This document shows positions 24,511 through 38,497 of a stretch of DNA of 56,378 nt, in pieces (the first letter of the stretch is position 1; each line of letters starts with the position of its first letter). The stretch comes from Chiloscyllium plagiosum (taxonomy: Eukaryota). Location: positions 2,310,458 through 2,366,835 of the forward strand of contig NC_057718.1 of NCBI RefSeq assembly GCF_004010195.1, in the 5' to 3' direction. The notes under the pieces are model-generated. The model saw nothing but the letters and a program-made list of their open reading frames with translations, made no database searches and was not told where the DNA came from. The translations under genes were made by a program, and so were the position numbers.

Positions 24511-26999
24511 TCTTTGCTCCTATGTACAACAATTTATATTAGCCCTTTCTCCAATTTCAGTCTTAGCTTTCTTTACTAGCAATCTCCTCTGTAGTCCCTT
24601 CTCTTCTAGCTCTTTCTCCTTCCCCCCCCCATCTGTCCCTCTGCTAGTTTGCTACTAACTCTCTCCTTTCCCTTTGGTCTTCCTCCACTGTCACCCTCTT
24701 CTCTGGTCTCTTCATTTGCCAGCATCCCTCTGTTTCAATTTGTCTCTTTGTCCTTCGCTCTTTCTCTCTGTCCACACTCTCAGTTGCCTCCTTGTGCTTT
24801 TTACACTTCACTCTCTCAGGGGATGTGGCTGTTGCCGATTGGGCCACCATTTGTTGTTGTCTCTAATTGTTGTCTCTAGTTGTTGTCTCTAATTGCCCCT
24901 GAATGGAGTGTCTCACTCGGCCTTGTCAGAGGGCCATTAGGAGTCAGCCCCGATGCTGTGGGTCTGGAGGCACATCAAGGCCAGACTGGGTAAGGAGAGC
25001 AAGTATTCCTTCTTGAAGGAACCAGAGAATTTTTGCAGCAACTGATGGTGGTTGCCATGTCAACCATTGAGAATAATGAGAACCAAAACAAACTGGGACA
25101 TTCCAATCAATGGTTCCTCTGCCATTTCTGTCTCTTTCCCCTCCCCTGTCGAGACATAACGGTTCCCTCCTGTCCTTGTGTCAAGCTGATATCATACTCT
25201 CATTGTATTAATTATACAACTTCAAATAAATAGGGATTTTATTTCAATGTTGTCTGGGTGTTTACAGAATCTATTCTATCTTTGTCCTCACTGTGTCCAC
25301 AGACAGAATCTATACCACAGCCCATCCCATGTCAGTGAGTGTGTCCCATTAAAGACCCTAACATCGGCATCTCCTTCCCTTCCTCCTTTCAGAACCTGCT
25401 TAAAGCCTGCCTATTCGACCACGGTATGAATCATCTGTCCTAATGCCGTCATTTTAAATTCAATGTCAAGTTTTGCCTGGTTTGCGCTTCCTTCTATAGT
25501 GCTGCTTTATAAACACAAGCTTTTATTGTTAATCAGAACATAACTTGTTCAGATTTAGATGGTTTTGGCTGTAGAGTGTATAGAATTTATGATAAAATAT
25601 TCCTGGTGCCCTTACTTCCTTCATTTCCCAGGAGTGAGTCTGCAGCTGTCCAAGGCATTGGCCTGTTCTCATCAGCCACGTCTGATGCTGCAACTTGCTG
25701 CAAAGCCCTTATCTGTATTCAGCCGCTGAGCTCAGACAGATCACTCCCAGTACCAGCCGCAGTCAGGCACTCAGCAGCATCATAGTCACTCATTAACAGC
25801 AGCCAGGAGCAATGGGCAAAACAAGAATACACACACACACACACATTAACAGACAATCCTGCACACTGCTACACAGGTAAACATGTCATTTACATGCACA
25901 AACACACACACTGACACACATACACAGACATACACACTGACACATACACATGCAGCATTTACATGGGAACACCACCCCCCTGCAAGTTCCCCTCCAAGCC
26001 ATTCACCATCCTGACTTGGAAATATATCACCATTCCTTCAGTGTCGCAGGGTCCTGGAATTCCCTTCCTATGGGCATTGTGGGTCTACCTACAGCATGTG
26101 GACTGCAGCGGTTCAAGAAGGCAGCTCATCCCCATTTTCTCAAGGGGCAACTAGGGACAGGCAATAAGTGCTGGGCCCAGCCAGTGTTACTCAGATCTGT
26201 GAATGAATAAACATATAAAATAGAACCTTAAACACAGAGAAATATACAAACAATCCCACAAAGGAATACATAAACAATTTCACACACTATAATAGACAAC
26301 ACATACAATGGAATATGAAATCACACACAGAAATGTGCAGACAAGTCCCACTGCAAATATTTGAGCATCAAATTTAAATCTGACCCTCCAATCCAGTGTT
26401 GAGGGGATGCTGCATTGCCAAAGGTCTAATGTTAATGGCTTCTGATCCAAAACAATTACACTTGATGACATATCCCAATGACCAGTCACAGCTTCATGAA
26501 GAGACAGAAACATTATGGATCCTAGTTAGTCAATACATCAGACAGAAACTGCTGGAGAAACTCAGCAGGTCTGGCAGCATTTGCGGAGAGAAACAGAGTT
26601 AATGTTTTGAGTGGAAAGTGAGGACTGCAGATGCTGGAGATCAGAGCTGAAAATGTGTTGCTGGAAAAGCGCAACAGAAGGGGGGGGGGGGGGGGGGGGG
26701 GGGAGCAAGTGGAACAGATAATGAAGGTGCACAAAGTAAAAGACAAAGGCAATAATGATGCTGGTAAAGGAGGAATAGAGATCTAAAATAGGTGCAAATG
26801 ATCAGTGTGAAAATAAATCCACTCTGCTAGGGCAAAGCGAACGAGATAGAAACAAGACCCAGCCAGGGATGATGTAGGATGTAAGTAAAATAGAGGACAG
26901 ATGTCATCCATTTGTGGGTCTCAATATTGAGATCTAAATGCCATAACGTTATGAGGGGATATTGTATAAATTAGTTGCTTTCACTATAACTGAAAAGGT

Positions 27000-27357
27000 T
27001 AAGTCTTGATATTAACAAAGTTGTCAAGATATCAGCAGGAAAAGATAGGGTAGATAGAGACAAATTATTTCCACTGATCAAGGATTCCTGAACTAGAGGC
27101 ATAGTCTGAGAATTAGGGTCAGACCATTCAGGAGAGATGTCAGGAAGCATTTCCACACACAACGGGTGGGAGAGGTTTGGAATTCTCTTCCACAAAGGGC
27201 AGTGGTTGCTGGGTCAGTAGTTAATTTTAAATCTCAGCGAGACAATCTTTTGTTGAACAAAGTTATTAGGGATATAGACTTGGGCCACAGATCAGCCATG
27301 ATCTCATTGAAAAGTGGAACAGGTCTGAGGGGCTGAATGGCCTCCTCTTGTTCCTAT
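27000..27357 (+). mobile_element. CR1 LINE 3-prime fragment
   Basis: DRVDRDKLFPL..TRGHSLRI..FHTQRV and tail aggggctgaatggcctcct; related copy at 33165-33480 (minus). Confidence 0.8.
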
Positions 27358-28029
27358 TGCCCAAGTGCAAAATGAGGTATTGTGTCCCCCCAGGCACCCC
27401 CCTCCCCCAGCTTGCATTGCAGCAAAAGGATCACTATTTTCCAGCGGCTTCTGAGGAAGGGTCACTAGCTCAAAATGTTAATTCTGTTTTTCTCTCCACA
27501 GATGCTGCCAGACCTGCTGAGTCTCACCAGCATTCTCTTTTTTTCATTTCAGATTATGTATTTGGTTTTCATTATCCAATATACATGCTGGATAAAGTTT
27601 AACATTACTCTTTAACAGAAACTGTTTGTTTATCCAGTCTGTCCCATTTCCACCTCCCCTGCATTTGTATAGCCTACATAATCTTTATGATCAGGTCTTT
27701 TACTGATTTGTCTGTGAGTTGTTGTTGGCTGTTTGTCTGGTTTCTACACATTCCTGAAGTGACGAACATTCTCCCAGAAACACGATTTAGTTTGTGTCAA
27801 CACTCTGGATGCAATCATCCCGTTATCCTTGCTGCAGGAAAATAGCTCCATGTCCTCCCTCGCTGGCATCTCATTGTCTGATAAGTTCATCACTGCAGTA
27901 CACCTCAGAGGGCCATCAGTCTGTAAAATTCTTTACAGTGGAGGGCTGTCAAGACTGGGTCATTAAGTATATTCAAGGCTGAGAGAGACAGATTTTTAAT
28001 CAACAGGGGAATCAGGAGTTATGGGGAAG

Positions 28030-29150
28030 ATACATAAAATCTCCCAGAAATACTAGAGAACAAAGGATCTGATGAAAATTAGGAACCAAAATAAATTAGG
28101 ATTCATAAAATTGAGATAAAAAGTGTGGCGCTGGAAAAGCATAGCTGGTCAGGCAGTATTCGAGGAGCAGGAGAGTCGACATTTCAAGCATAAGCTCTTC
28201 ATCACATTCCTCATGAAGAGCTTATCTCCTGCTCCTCGGATGCTGCCTGACCTGCTGTGCTTTTCCAGCACCACACGTTTTGACTCTGATCTCCAGCATC
28301 TGCAGTCCTCACTTCTTCCTTCATAAAATTAATATCAATAAGTATGGAGATGGTACTCAAAACATTAACTGGATTGAAGGTTGTTAAATTCCCAAGGACT
28401 AGATGCCATGGATATCAAAGTGTTGAAGGTGGGGAATTTGGAGATGGTGGATACATTGGCAATCATATTTCAAAATTCAAAATCTTGGAGTAGTCTCTGC
28501 AGATCAGAAAGTAATGTGCAACTGCACTATTTAAAGAGTGAGGGTGAGAGAGAATGGAATAGTACAGACCTGTTAACTTGATGTCTTCAGCAGGAAAGTA
28601 GTAGAGTTTATGATAAAAGATATGATAACTGGGTATTTAACACAATTGATCAGTCAACGTGGATGTACAAAAAGAAAATTATGACTAACAAATTTGCTCG
28701 GGTGTTATTAAGGATGTTACTTGTATCATAGAGAAAGCAGAACTAGTGAATGTGGGGCATTTGGATTTTCAGATGGCTTTTGATAAGGTCTCAAGCTAAG
28801 AGGTTAGTAAATAAAATGAAAGCATGTGGGACCGGGCTTCATGTACCAGTTAGCATTGCGAATTAGTTAACAGAGACTAGGATTATTTTCAGGATGTGAG
28901 GTAGTGAGCAAGCAGGAGGTCACAGCACTTCACAATCTGAATCAATGATTTGGATGTCGATTCCTATCATAGTGTTTCTAAATTTACAGAAGACAGTAAA
29001 CTGGTAGGGGATTGAAGTTGTGAGGAGATGAAGAGGAGCTTCAGGAGAACTTGGAGTGGGTTAAGTGTATGAGCTAACTAGAATACCATGTTAAGAACTG
29101 TGAGGTTATTCACTTCAGACATAAAACACAGAAAGGCAGAATATTGAGGA
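28030..29150 (+). mobile_element. Old, heavily decayed CR1 RT fragment interrupted by a foldback mini-element (28113-28319, TSD ttcataaaatt)
   Basis: LDFQMAFDKV- and SKFTED-like remnants. Confidence 0.65.
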
Positions 29151-31905
29151 GTATGACTGTTCAAAGGGATGAGTAGGCAGAGAGCAGATGATGAACACAA
29201 AGGGACTGGTGGTCTGAGGTGCACTTGTTTTAATGTGAGAAGTGTAGAAGGTAAGGCAGCTAAATTAGGGCTTGGATTAGTACCTGGGAGTATGATGTTA
29301 TTGCTATTACTGAGACTTGGTTGAGGGAAGGGCATGACTGGCGACTAAATATCCCAGAATATCAATGCTTCAGGAGGAATAGAGAGGGAGGTAAAAGGGG
29401 TGGAGAAGTTGCATTACTGGTCAGAGAGGATATCAGAGCTGTGCTAAGAGAGGGCACTATGGCGGACATGAACAGTGAGGTATTGTAGGTAGAGCTCAGG
29501 AATAGGAAGGGTGCAGTAACAATGTTGGGGTGTACTGCAGGCCTCCCAACAGCGAGTGTGAGGTAGGGGTACAAATATGTAAACGGGTTATGGAAAGATG
29601 TAGGAGCAACAGGGCGGTGGTTATAGGAGATTTTAATTTTCCCAGCATTGATGGGGATTCACTTAGTTTTAGAGATTTAGATGGAGCAGAATTTGTAAGG
29701 AGCGTCAAGGAGGGTTTTCTAGAGCAGTATGTCAATAGTCCAACTCGAGAAGGGGCCATACTGGACCTGGTGTTGGGGAATGAGCCCGGCCAGGTGGTTG
29801 AAGTTTCAGTAGGAGATTGCTTTGGGAATAGTGATCACAATTCCTAAGTTTTAGAATACTCATGGACAAAGATGAGAGTGGTCTGAAAGGAAGTGTGCTA
29901 AATTTGGGGTAGACCAACTATCGAAAAATTGGGCAGGAGATGGGGAATTTAGATTGGGAGCAGCTGTTTGAAGGTAAATCCACATTTGATATGTGAGAGG
30001 CTTTTAATGAGAGGTTGATTAGAGTGCAGGATAGACTTGTTCCTGTGAAAATTAGGGATAGAAATGGCAAAATCAGGGAACCTTGGATGACATTGTGAGA
30101 TGAGCTAAGAGGGAAAAGGAAGTGTGCATACAGTCTAGGCGACTAAAAACAGACCTGAAAAATGTGTTGCTGGAAAAGTGCAGCAGGTCAGGCAGCATCC
30201 AAGGAGCAGGAGAATCAACGTTTCGGGCATAAGCCCTTCTTCAGGACAAAGCTTTGGAAGAATATTGGGAATGTAGGACCAATCTGAAACAAGGAATTAA
30301 GAGGGCTAAAAGGGGTCATGAAATATCTTTAGCAAGCAGGGTTAAGGAAAATCCCAAAGCCTTTTATTCATATATAAGGAGCAAGAGGGCAACCAGAGAA
30401 AGGGTTGGCCCACTCAAGGACAAAGGAAGAAAGTTATGTGTGGAATCAGAGAAAATGGGTGAGATTCTTAATGAGTACTTTGCATCGGTATTCACCGAGG
30501 AGAGGGACATGAGCTTGAGGTTAGGGATAGATGTTTGATTACTCTAGGTCAAGATGGCATAAAGGGGGAGAAGTGTAGGGTATTCCAAAAGGCAATAAGG
30601 TGGAGGTCCCCAGGTCTGGATGGGATCTATCCCAGGTTACTGAGGGAAGTGGGAGAGGAAATAGCTGTGGCTTTAAAAGGCTGGGCTAATCCAAGTGATT
30701 ACAGACAGGTGAGCCTGATGTCAATGGGAGGGAAGCTGCTGGAAAAGATACTGAGGGGTAGGATCTATTCCCATTTGGAAAACAATGGATTATCAGTGAT
30801 CGGCAGCATGGTCTTGTGCATGAAATGGATGGAGAATGGGCTGGGCAACAGGAGACAGAGAGTAGTAGTGGAAGGGAGTTTCTCAAAATGGAGACCTGTG
30901 ATCAGTGGTGTTCCACAGGGATCCGTGCTGGGACCACTGTTATTTGTAATATATATAAATGATCTGGAGAAAGGTATAGGTAGTCTGATTAGCAAATTTG
31001 CAGATGACATTAAGATTGGTGAAGTAGCAGATAGTGAAGGGGTCTGTCAGAGAATGCAGCAGAATATAGATAAATTGGAGAGTTGGGCAGAGAAATGGCA
31101 GATGGAGTTCAATCTGGGCAAATGCGAGGTGATGCATTTTTGAACATTCAATTCTAGAGCGAACTATACAGAAAAGGGAAAAGACCTGGGGCAAATTGAT
31201 ATACAGAGAAACCTGGGCGCTCAGGTCAGTTGTACCCTGAAGGTGGCAACACAGGTCGATAGAGTGGTCAAGAAGGCATACGGCGTGCTTTCCTTCATCG
31301 GACAGGGTATTGAGTACAAGAGTTGGCAGGTCATGTTACAGTTGCATTAGACTTTGGTTCGGCCACATTTGGAAGAATGTGTACAGTTCTGATCGCCACA
31401 CTACCAACAGGATGTGGATGTTTGGAGAGGGTGCAGAGGAGGTTCATCAGGCTGTTGTCTCATATGGAGGGCGCTAGCTATGAAGAGAGGTTGAGTAGAT
31501 TAGGATTATTTTCATTAGAAAGACAGAGGTTAAGGAGGGACCTGATTGAGGCCTACAAAGTCATGAGAGGTATAGACAGGATGGATAACAAGAAGCTATT
31601 TTCCAGAGTGGGGGACTCAATTACGAGGGGTCAGAAGTTCAAAATGAGAGGGGAAAGGTTTAGAGGAAATATGCATAATATGCATGGAAAGATCTTTATG
31701 CAGAGGGTGGTGGGAGCCTGGAACGCGTTGGCAGTGGAGGTGGCAGTGGCGGGCAGTATAGCATGATTTAAGATGTATCTAGACAGACACATGAATGGGC
31801 AGGGAGCAGAGGGACACAGATCCTTCGAAAATAGGTGACAGGTTTAGATAGAGGATCTGGATCAGTGTAGGCCTGGAGGGCTGAAGGGCCTGTTCTCTGT
31901 TCTTT
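29150..31905 (+). mobile_element. CR1 LINE, most of ORF2, disrupted; Penelope-type insertion at ~30154-30246 (minus)
   Basis: VVIGDFNFP, PTREGAILDLVL, SDH (AP endonuclease); [17 protein letters not shown] (RT); tail gggcctgttctctgttct. Confidence 0.93.
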
Positions 31906-32439
31906 GAAATCTATACATTTCAGGAGACTAATGGTATAGGATTTTAGATTTCTGAGCAACGTTAGGCCATTTGGCCCATCGAGTCTGCTCCACTATTCAA
32001 CTGTAGCCGACATGTTCCTCAACCCTGTTCTCTTGCCTTCCTGCTGTAACCCTTGACCCCTTTATGAATGAAGAACCTATCATCATGGGAATACAGAGAC
32101 AGCATGGGCTAGTGGAATCAGGGCAGATGATCAGCCACCCTCCCGTTCAATAGCAGGACAGGGCTCCTCCCCTTTCTGGTGATTCTCTGAAATGATGATG
32201 TCGCTGTTGTCACTGGTCCATTTCCTGGAAGACTGAGATCAAGCTGTACTCAGTCACCAGAGGGAACATCCCTGCTCAGGCCCGAAGATATAAACGTAGC
32301 AACAGGAAGCAGCCTGGACCACATCCAGTTTGCTGCATGTGTTAGAGATTAAATCAATTACTCTCGAAACAGCATGGAACGTGATCAATCTAAATGACAT
32401 CAGCCCCTTGTATTCAGGCTCAGAATTAACCTGTAAGAA

Positions 32440-32712
32440 TCATAGAACCCCCTCCAGTACAGAAAGAGGTCATTCAGCCCATCATGCCTGCACTGACCCT
32501 CTGAACCGCATCCCACCCAGCCCCCTCCCCTTTCCCAAGGCTAATTCACCTGACCTGCACATTTTGGACTGGGTATAGCAATCAGAGCAAACCCACACAG
32601 ACACGGGAAGAACGTGCAAACACCACACAGATAGCCCCCTTGAGACTGGAATCGAACCCAGGAGCCTGGTGCTGTGAGACAGCACTGCTAACCACTGAGC
32701 CACCGTGCCATC
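32440..32712 (-). mobile_element. HE1-like V-SINE
   Basis: Reverse complement of tRNA head and V-domain. Confidence 0.85.
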
Positions 32713-32847
32713 CTAAAGAGGGTGAGGTACGTTTCCCCAAACAACAGGGGCGAGATGGGAGGCATCATACTTGCAACCAAACTGATTCAGCTGTCACGGG
32801 AACATAGCAACAGGGGTAGGACATTCAGCCCCTGAATCCTGCTCTAC

Positions 32848-33165
32848 TGGCAGCACGGTGGATCTGTGTTAGCATTGCTACCTCACAGCACCAGGGACCC
32901 AGGCTCAATTCCAGCCTCAGGTGACTGTCTGTGTGGGGTTTACACATTCTCCCCGTGTCTGTGTGGATTTCCTCCGGGTGCTCCGGTTTCCTCCCACAGT
33001 CCAAAGATGTGCAGGTCAGGTGAATTGGCCATGCTAAATTGTCCATAGTGTTCAGGGATATGTAGGTTAGGTGTATTAGTCAGGGGTTAAATGGAGGGAA
33101 ATGGGTCTGAGTGGGTTACCCTTTGGAGGGTCAGTATGGACTTGTTGGGCCACACTGTAGGGATT
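32848..33165 (+). mobile_element. HE1-like V-SINE
   Basis: tRNA head, V-domain, tail; head-to-head with the previous copy. Confidence 0.85.
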
Positions 33166-33482
33166 CTGTTCAATGAGGTCATGGCTAATTTGTGGCCTAA
33201 CTCCATATCCCTGCCTTTGTTCCACATCCTTTAATACCTTTATTACCAAAAGATTATCTCTCTCAGATTTCAAAATTAGCAACTGATCCAGCATCCCTTG
33301 CCCTCTGTGGAAGGGAGTTCCAAACCTCTCCCACCCTTTGTGTGTAAAAGTACTTCCTGACATCTTTCCTGAACATTCCAGCCCTAATTCTCAGACTATG
33401 CTCTTAGGTCTAGAATCGGTAACCAGTGGAAATGGTTTATCTTTATGTACCCTGTCTTTTCCTGCTAATATCTTGACAACTT

Positions 33483-33964
33483 TTATAGGTACGCCATCGA
33501 GAGCATTCTGTCTGGATCTGTCACTACCTGGTATGGCAACTGTACCATTCAAGATCGGAGACGGTTACAGAGAGTGGTGAACTCGGCCCAGACAATCACA
33601 AAGGCCAACCTCCCATCTATAGAATCCATCTACCAGGCCCTTTGTCAAGAAAAGACCGTCAGCATTCTCAAAGATCCATCCCATCCTGACAATGTTTTTC
33701 TACAAACTCTACCATTGGGGAGAAGGTACAGAAGCCTGAACACACACACCAGCCGGTTTCAAAACAGTTTCTACCCTCCTGTTATTAGAATACTGAATGG
33801 ACTCACAAACTCTTAACACTCGCCTGTACCTGTGTTTTTGTTTTTGCCGCTGTTTACCTATTATTTACTATCTATGCGATTTAACTCTGTGATCTGCCTG
33901 TGCTGCTCACAAGACAAAGCTTTTCACTGTGTCTCGGGACACGTGACAATAAATTCAGTTCAAT
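33483..33964 (+). mobile_element. Rex1/Babar-clade LINE 3-prime end inserted in a minus-strand CR1 (33165-34545)
   Basis: IESILSGSVTTWYGNCT..LQRVVNSAQTIT..LKDPSHP..GRRYRSL..RFQNSFYP; AATAAA and ttca tail. Confidence 0.8.
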
Positions 33965-34544
33965 ATCAGCCCTTACCTTCCAAATTCTAGTGAAAATAGG
34001 TCTAACTTGTCCAATTTCTCCTCATAACCCCTGAAGTGCAGGTCTCATTCTTGTAAACCTACAGTGTACTCCCTCCAAGGCCAATCTTTCCTTCCAAAGG
34101 TGTGGTGCACATATCTGCTCATGGTGCTCCAAGTGGGGTCTACCCAGGGTTTTGCATAGTTACAGTGTAACTTCTGCATCCTTGTACTCCAGACCTTGAG
34201 ATATAAAGATCTGCATTCCATTAGCCTTCTTGATTATTTTCTGCGCCTGATTGTGACATTTTAAAGATCCACACACCTGAATCCCCAAGTCTATTTGGAA
34301 ACACACTCTATAGAATTTCATGCCATCTAGGAAGTCCCCTGATCTCTCCTTTATCACTCCAAAATGGATAACCTCACACTTACTGACATTGAACTCCATC
34401 TGTCACAGTTATGCCCATTCCCTGAGTCTATCAATATCCATTTGTCATTTTATGGTATCATTTATGCTGCTGCCTAATTTTGCGTCATCAGCGAATTTGG
34501 ATAATTGACTTTCCATGCCAGCATCCAAGTCATTAGTAAACAAC

Positions 34545-35105
34545 GTGAAGACATTGGTGAGACCACATTTGGAGTACTGCGTGCAATTCTGGCCGCCCTG
34601 TTTTATGAAAGATGTTATTAAATTGGAAAGGGTGCAAAAAAGATTTCTGAAGATGTTGCTGGGAATTCAGGGTTTGAGCTACAGGGAAGAGCTGAATAAG
34701 CTGAGACTATTTTCCCCGAAGCATCGGAGATTGAGAGATGACCTTGTAGGGGTTTTTAAAAACATAAAAGGCATAGATAGGGTGAATAGCCAAGGTCTTT
34801 TCCCCAGGGGATGGGAGTCCAGAACTAGAGGCCGTAGGTTTAGGGTGAGAGGGGAATGATATAAAAGGAACATAAGGGGCAACGTTTTCACACAGAGGGT
34901 GGTACGGGTATGGAATGAGGCTGCCAGAGGAAATGGTAGAGATGGGTACAATTACAACATTTAATAGACATTTGGACAGGTACATAAATTGGAAAGATTT
35001 AGAGGGATATGGTCAAGCACAGACAAATGGGAATGGCTTGGTTTAGGAAACCAGGTTGGCATGGACGAGATGGGCTGAAAGGCCTGTTTCCATCCTATAT
35101 GACTC
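34545..35105 (+). mobile_element. CR1 LINE 3-prime fragment
   Basis: KTLVRPHLEYCVQFW..KLERVQKRF; further CR1 pieces at 35648-35893(+) and 36075-36360(-). Confidence 0.88.
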
Positions 35106-36884
35106 TATTAGGGAGAAACATTTGGTGTCTGAGATTAATGTCGAGGGAATTACTGGGCCAAGGGGCAGTGATTGTCACGGAGACAATACTGAATCCAAGC
35201 AGAACAATATTTGTATTCATTCACAGCACTTGGGTGTCGCTGGCTGGGCCCAGCATTTATTGCCCCGTCCCTAGTTGCCCCTTGAGAAGGTGGGGGTGAG
35301 CTGCCTTCTTGAACCACTACAGTCCATGTTCTGTGAGTTGACCCACAATGCCCTTAGGGAGGGAATTCCAGGAGTTTGACCCAGCAGCATGTGAAGGAAC
35401 AGCGACATATTTCCGGGTCAGGATGGTGAGTGGCTTGGTGGGAACTTGCAGGAGATTGTGTTCCCATGTATCTGCTGCCCTTGTCCTTCCAGGTGGAAGT
35501 GGTCATGGGTTTGGAGCTGTCTAAGGATCTTTGGTGAATTTCTGCAGCGCAGCTTGTCGGTAGTACACTGCAGCTACTGAGCGTCGGTGGGGCTGGGGGG
35601 CGGGGGGGATGGAGGCAGTAGATGTTTGTGAGTGTTGTGCTAATCAATTATAGGAAGGATGTGTAAGCTTTGGAAAGGGCTCAGAGGAGATTTATCAGGA
35701 TGTTGCCTGGTATGGAGGGAAGATCTTATGAGGAAAGGCTGAGGAACATATGGCTGTTTTCATTGGAGAGAAGAAGGTTGAGAGGTGACTTAATCGAGAC
35801 GTATAAGATAATCAGAGGGTTAGGTAGGGTGGACAGTGACAGTCCTTTTCCTCAGATGGTGATGGCTAGCACAAGGGGCATAGCTTTCAATTGAAACCAT
35901 TGCTGATTGTCATAACACCCAATGGGGATGGAAACTGGGCTGGCCTACATGTGACTCCAGACCTGCAGCTCTCTGGTTTACTCTGAAGCGTCATCTGGGC
36001 AACTGGGATGAGCAATAAATGCTGGCCCAGCCAGCCACACCCTCATCCTGTGAGTGAATTTTTTAAAAAAACCCTCTGGTCCTAGACTCTCCCATGAGGG
36101 GAAACATCCTCTCAGCCTTGACACTGTCATGCTCCTTAGGAATCCTATGGGTCTCAATGAGATCACCTGTCATTCTCCTAAACACCAGTGAATGGAGTTC
36201 CAACCTGTTTAATCTTTGCTCATAAGACAATCTCTCCATCCTAGAGATCATCCCAGTGAAACTTCTCTGACCTGCCTCCAATGAAATGACATCATTCACT
36301 TAAATTTGGCACCAAAACTGCTCACAGTACTCCACATGTGGTCTCCCCAGCACCTTGTTGCATGCTTTTGAAAGTCAAGGAGCAATGATTAGATTCTGTC
36401 TTGTGATCATTGTTGGGAATGTATGTGGTACAAAGGTTATTTGTTGCTTTTCATCCCAAATCTGGACATTGAACAAATCTTACTGCACTTGGATTTGGGC
36501 TGGCTCTTTTTAAATTCATTCCCAGGATAAGGGCAACGTTGGCTTGGCCATCACTAATTGCCTGTCACACAGTTTAGAGTAAATTACATTGCTGTGGGTC
36601 TGGAGTTACATGTAAGTCAGGCCAGATAAGGATCGCAGTTTCTCCAAAGGACATCAATGAACCAGGTGAAGTTCATTCTGAAAATTGACAATGGTTTGGT
36701 GATCATCATTAGACTCCTAACTCCAAATTTTTATTGATTCCAAATTCCACCATCTGCCAGGGTGGGATTTGAATCCCAGTCCCTAGAACATTGCCTGGTT
36801 CTCCGGATAATATCACTAGGGCCACCACCTCTCCACTTCAGTATCTGAGGAATTATGGATGGTGCTGAACATCGAGAAACACAG

Positions 36885-37097
36885 GAGAAAATCACACAAC
36901 ACCAGGTTAGAGTCCAACAGGTTTATTTGGAAGAACTAGCTTTCAGAGCGCTGCTCCTTCATCAGGTGGTTGTGGAGTATATTATAGTGGAGTATATATA
37001 AGTTCTTATTATCCACAACCATCTGTTGGACTATAACCTGGTGTTGTGTGATTTTTAACTTTGTCCACCCCAGTCCAACGCCGGCTCCTCCACATCA
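36885..37097. mobile_element. Foldback Penelope-derived element, third family; relative at 46471-46595 with TSD ctgaggaactcc
   Basis: Arms aatcacacaacaccaggtta / taacctggtgttgtgtgatt; minus-strand CTGATGA-A-GGAGC-AGC-GCTCT-GAAA-GCTA. Confidence 0.75.
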
Positions 37098-37559
37098 GGA
37101 AAAAAGGAACGTGCATTGGCCATTCAGCCCCTCAGACTGGTCTACTTCAGTGTAAAGTCTACACCGTCTCAAATGGCCATGGGGGCTGCTTTCTCATTAG
37201 ACAGGTACGGTTTGGTACTGGTTTAACGCGAGGGTCACCATGCCTCCAATCAACTGCACTAACTGACCCCCGCCAGTCTGTCTACCATTTAACTAGATCA
37301 TGGTTAGTTTGATAAACCTCAATGTCATCTTTCTACATTATAAGCCCACCACTTAACTCCCCTGGACCCAAGAATCTGAAAAGGTCTGGGGCAAGGGGTT
37401 AATTTGAGTTTCTTTTTCTGAGGGGGTTGTGTTGTGCAGGGAATGGTTGATTTGTCACTCTCACATCCTTCCCACTGACCAGGTTGTGGTTCTGACTGAG
37501 TTGGCTCCGGGGGTGGTGAGTGGAGAGCAGGAAGGGGAAGGGGCAAGGCTTGGGTCTGC

Positions 37560-37737
37560 TGAGGGTTAATGCCCCAAAACCCAACCTTCCATCCAGTGGC
37601 CAATCAGTGTTCAGCTTGCTTGTGATCCAATGAGGTGGTGGAGAAGTGATGTAATGAGAGAGGCTGGAGTTGAGCAGTTGATTCCGACATGACAGAATCC
37701 TCTTCTGCTCTTTGACAGGTTCCGGGCTGTGGTAAGT
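37560..37737 (+). promoter_or_regulatory. Candidate STMN4 promoter and non-coding first exon
   Basis: Repeat-poor stretch with CCAAT boxes at ~37600 and ~37626 and a strong donor G|GTAAGT at 37732; an alternative donor GTGAGT lies at 38659. Confidence 0.3.
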
Positions 37738-38269
37738 ACAGACAGAACAAAGCAAGCATCAAGGACTTGGAACACATCACTCGATCTTCAGTCAAGTGTG
37801 ACCAGCCTCTGCCACTGCAGTAATGACAATTATCTGAAATCTGAATATGTATTTATATTTGATAATAACTGGATTATTTTCTTTTATTTAAAATTAATTT
37901 AATACGGGTTTCTCTGCTTTGGGCAGTGAAAATTGATTTTTGCATTGTTGAATATTTATGGTTGAGATTTTTTTAGTCAATAATTCGGGAGAGGCGTTGA
38001 TCAAGTAAAATGCTTTTAAAAGAAAATCAGAGACATGATCCATTGAGATTTTATGTTCAATATGCAGGATTGGAATGAATTCTGGAAGGTTAATTATATT
38101 GTGTGTTGGGAATACGCAGGGGCGGAAGACAAGATTGTGGCATATTTCAATAATTAATGTCTGCTCTCAGAGGAGATTCCGAGCTTAATATTTCTTTTAA
38201 AAAAGATGTGGTTTAATTTTTGTTGAAGGATAATGAGTCAGTGAATTAGGCAAATAAGAACAGTCTAGG

Positions 38270-38497
38270 TATCTGTGTGTCTATGTCTAGCTGTGTACGT
38301 GTCTGTCTGTATGTGTCTGTGTATCTGTGTGTGTGTCTATATGCCTGTGTAAATTGTGCATATGTATTCGCCTTTGTTTGTGTGTCTGTCTGTTGTCTAA
38401 GCTGTGTGTGTGTATGTCTAGTATGTGTGTGTGTCTAGTGTGTGTGTGTGTCTAGTGTGTGTGTGTGGCTAGTGTGTGTGTGTGGCTAGTGTGTGTA
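38270..38497. repeat. TG-rich compound microsatellite
   Basis: Direct inspection. Confidence 0.85.

Noticed and set aside
24087..24892. Cys/Val- and His/Thr-rich ORFs
   Set aside because: Translations of TG/CA/CT low-complexity DNA.
26680..26703. Poly-G run as a functional G-quadruplex
   Set aside because: Homopolymer within Penelope-type debris; length unreliable and no supporting context.
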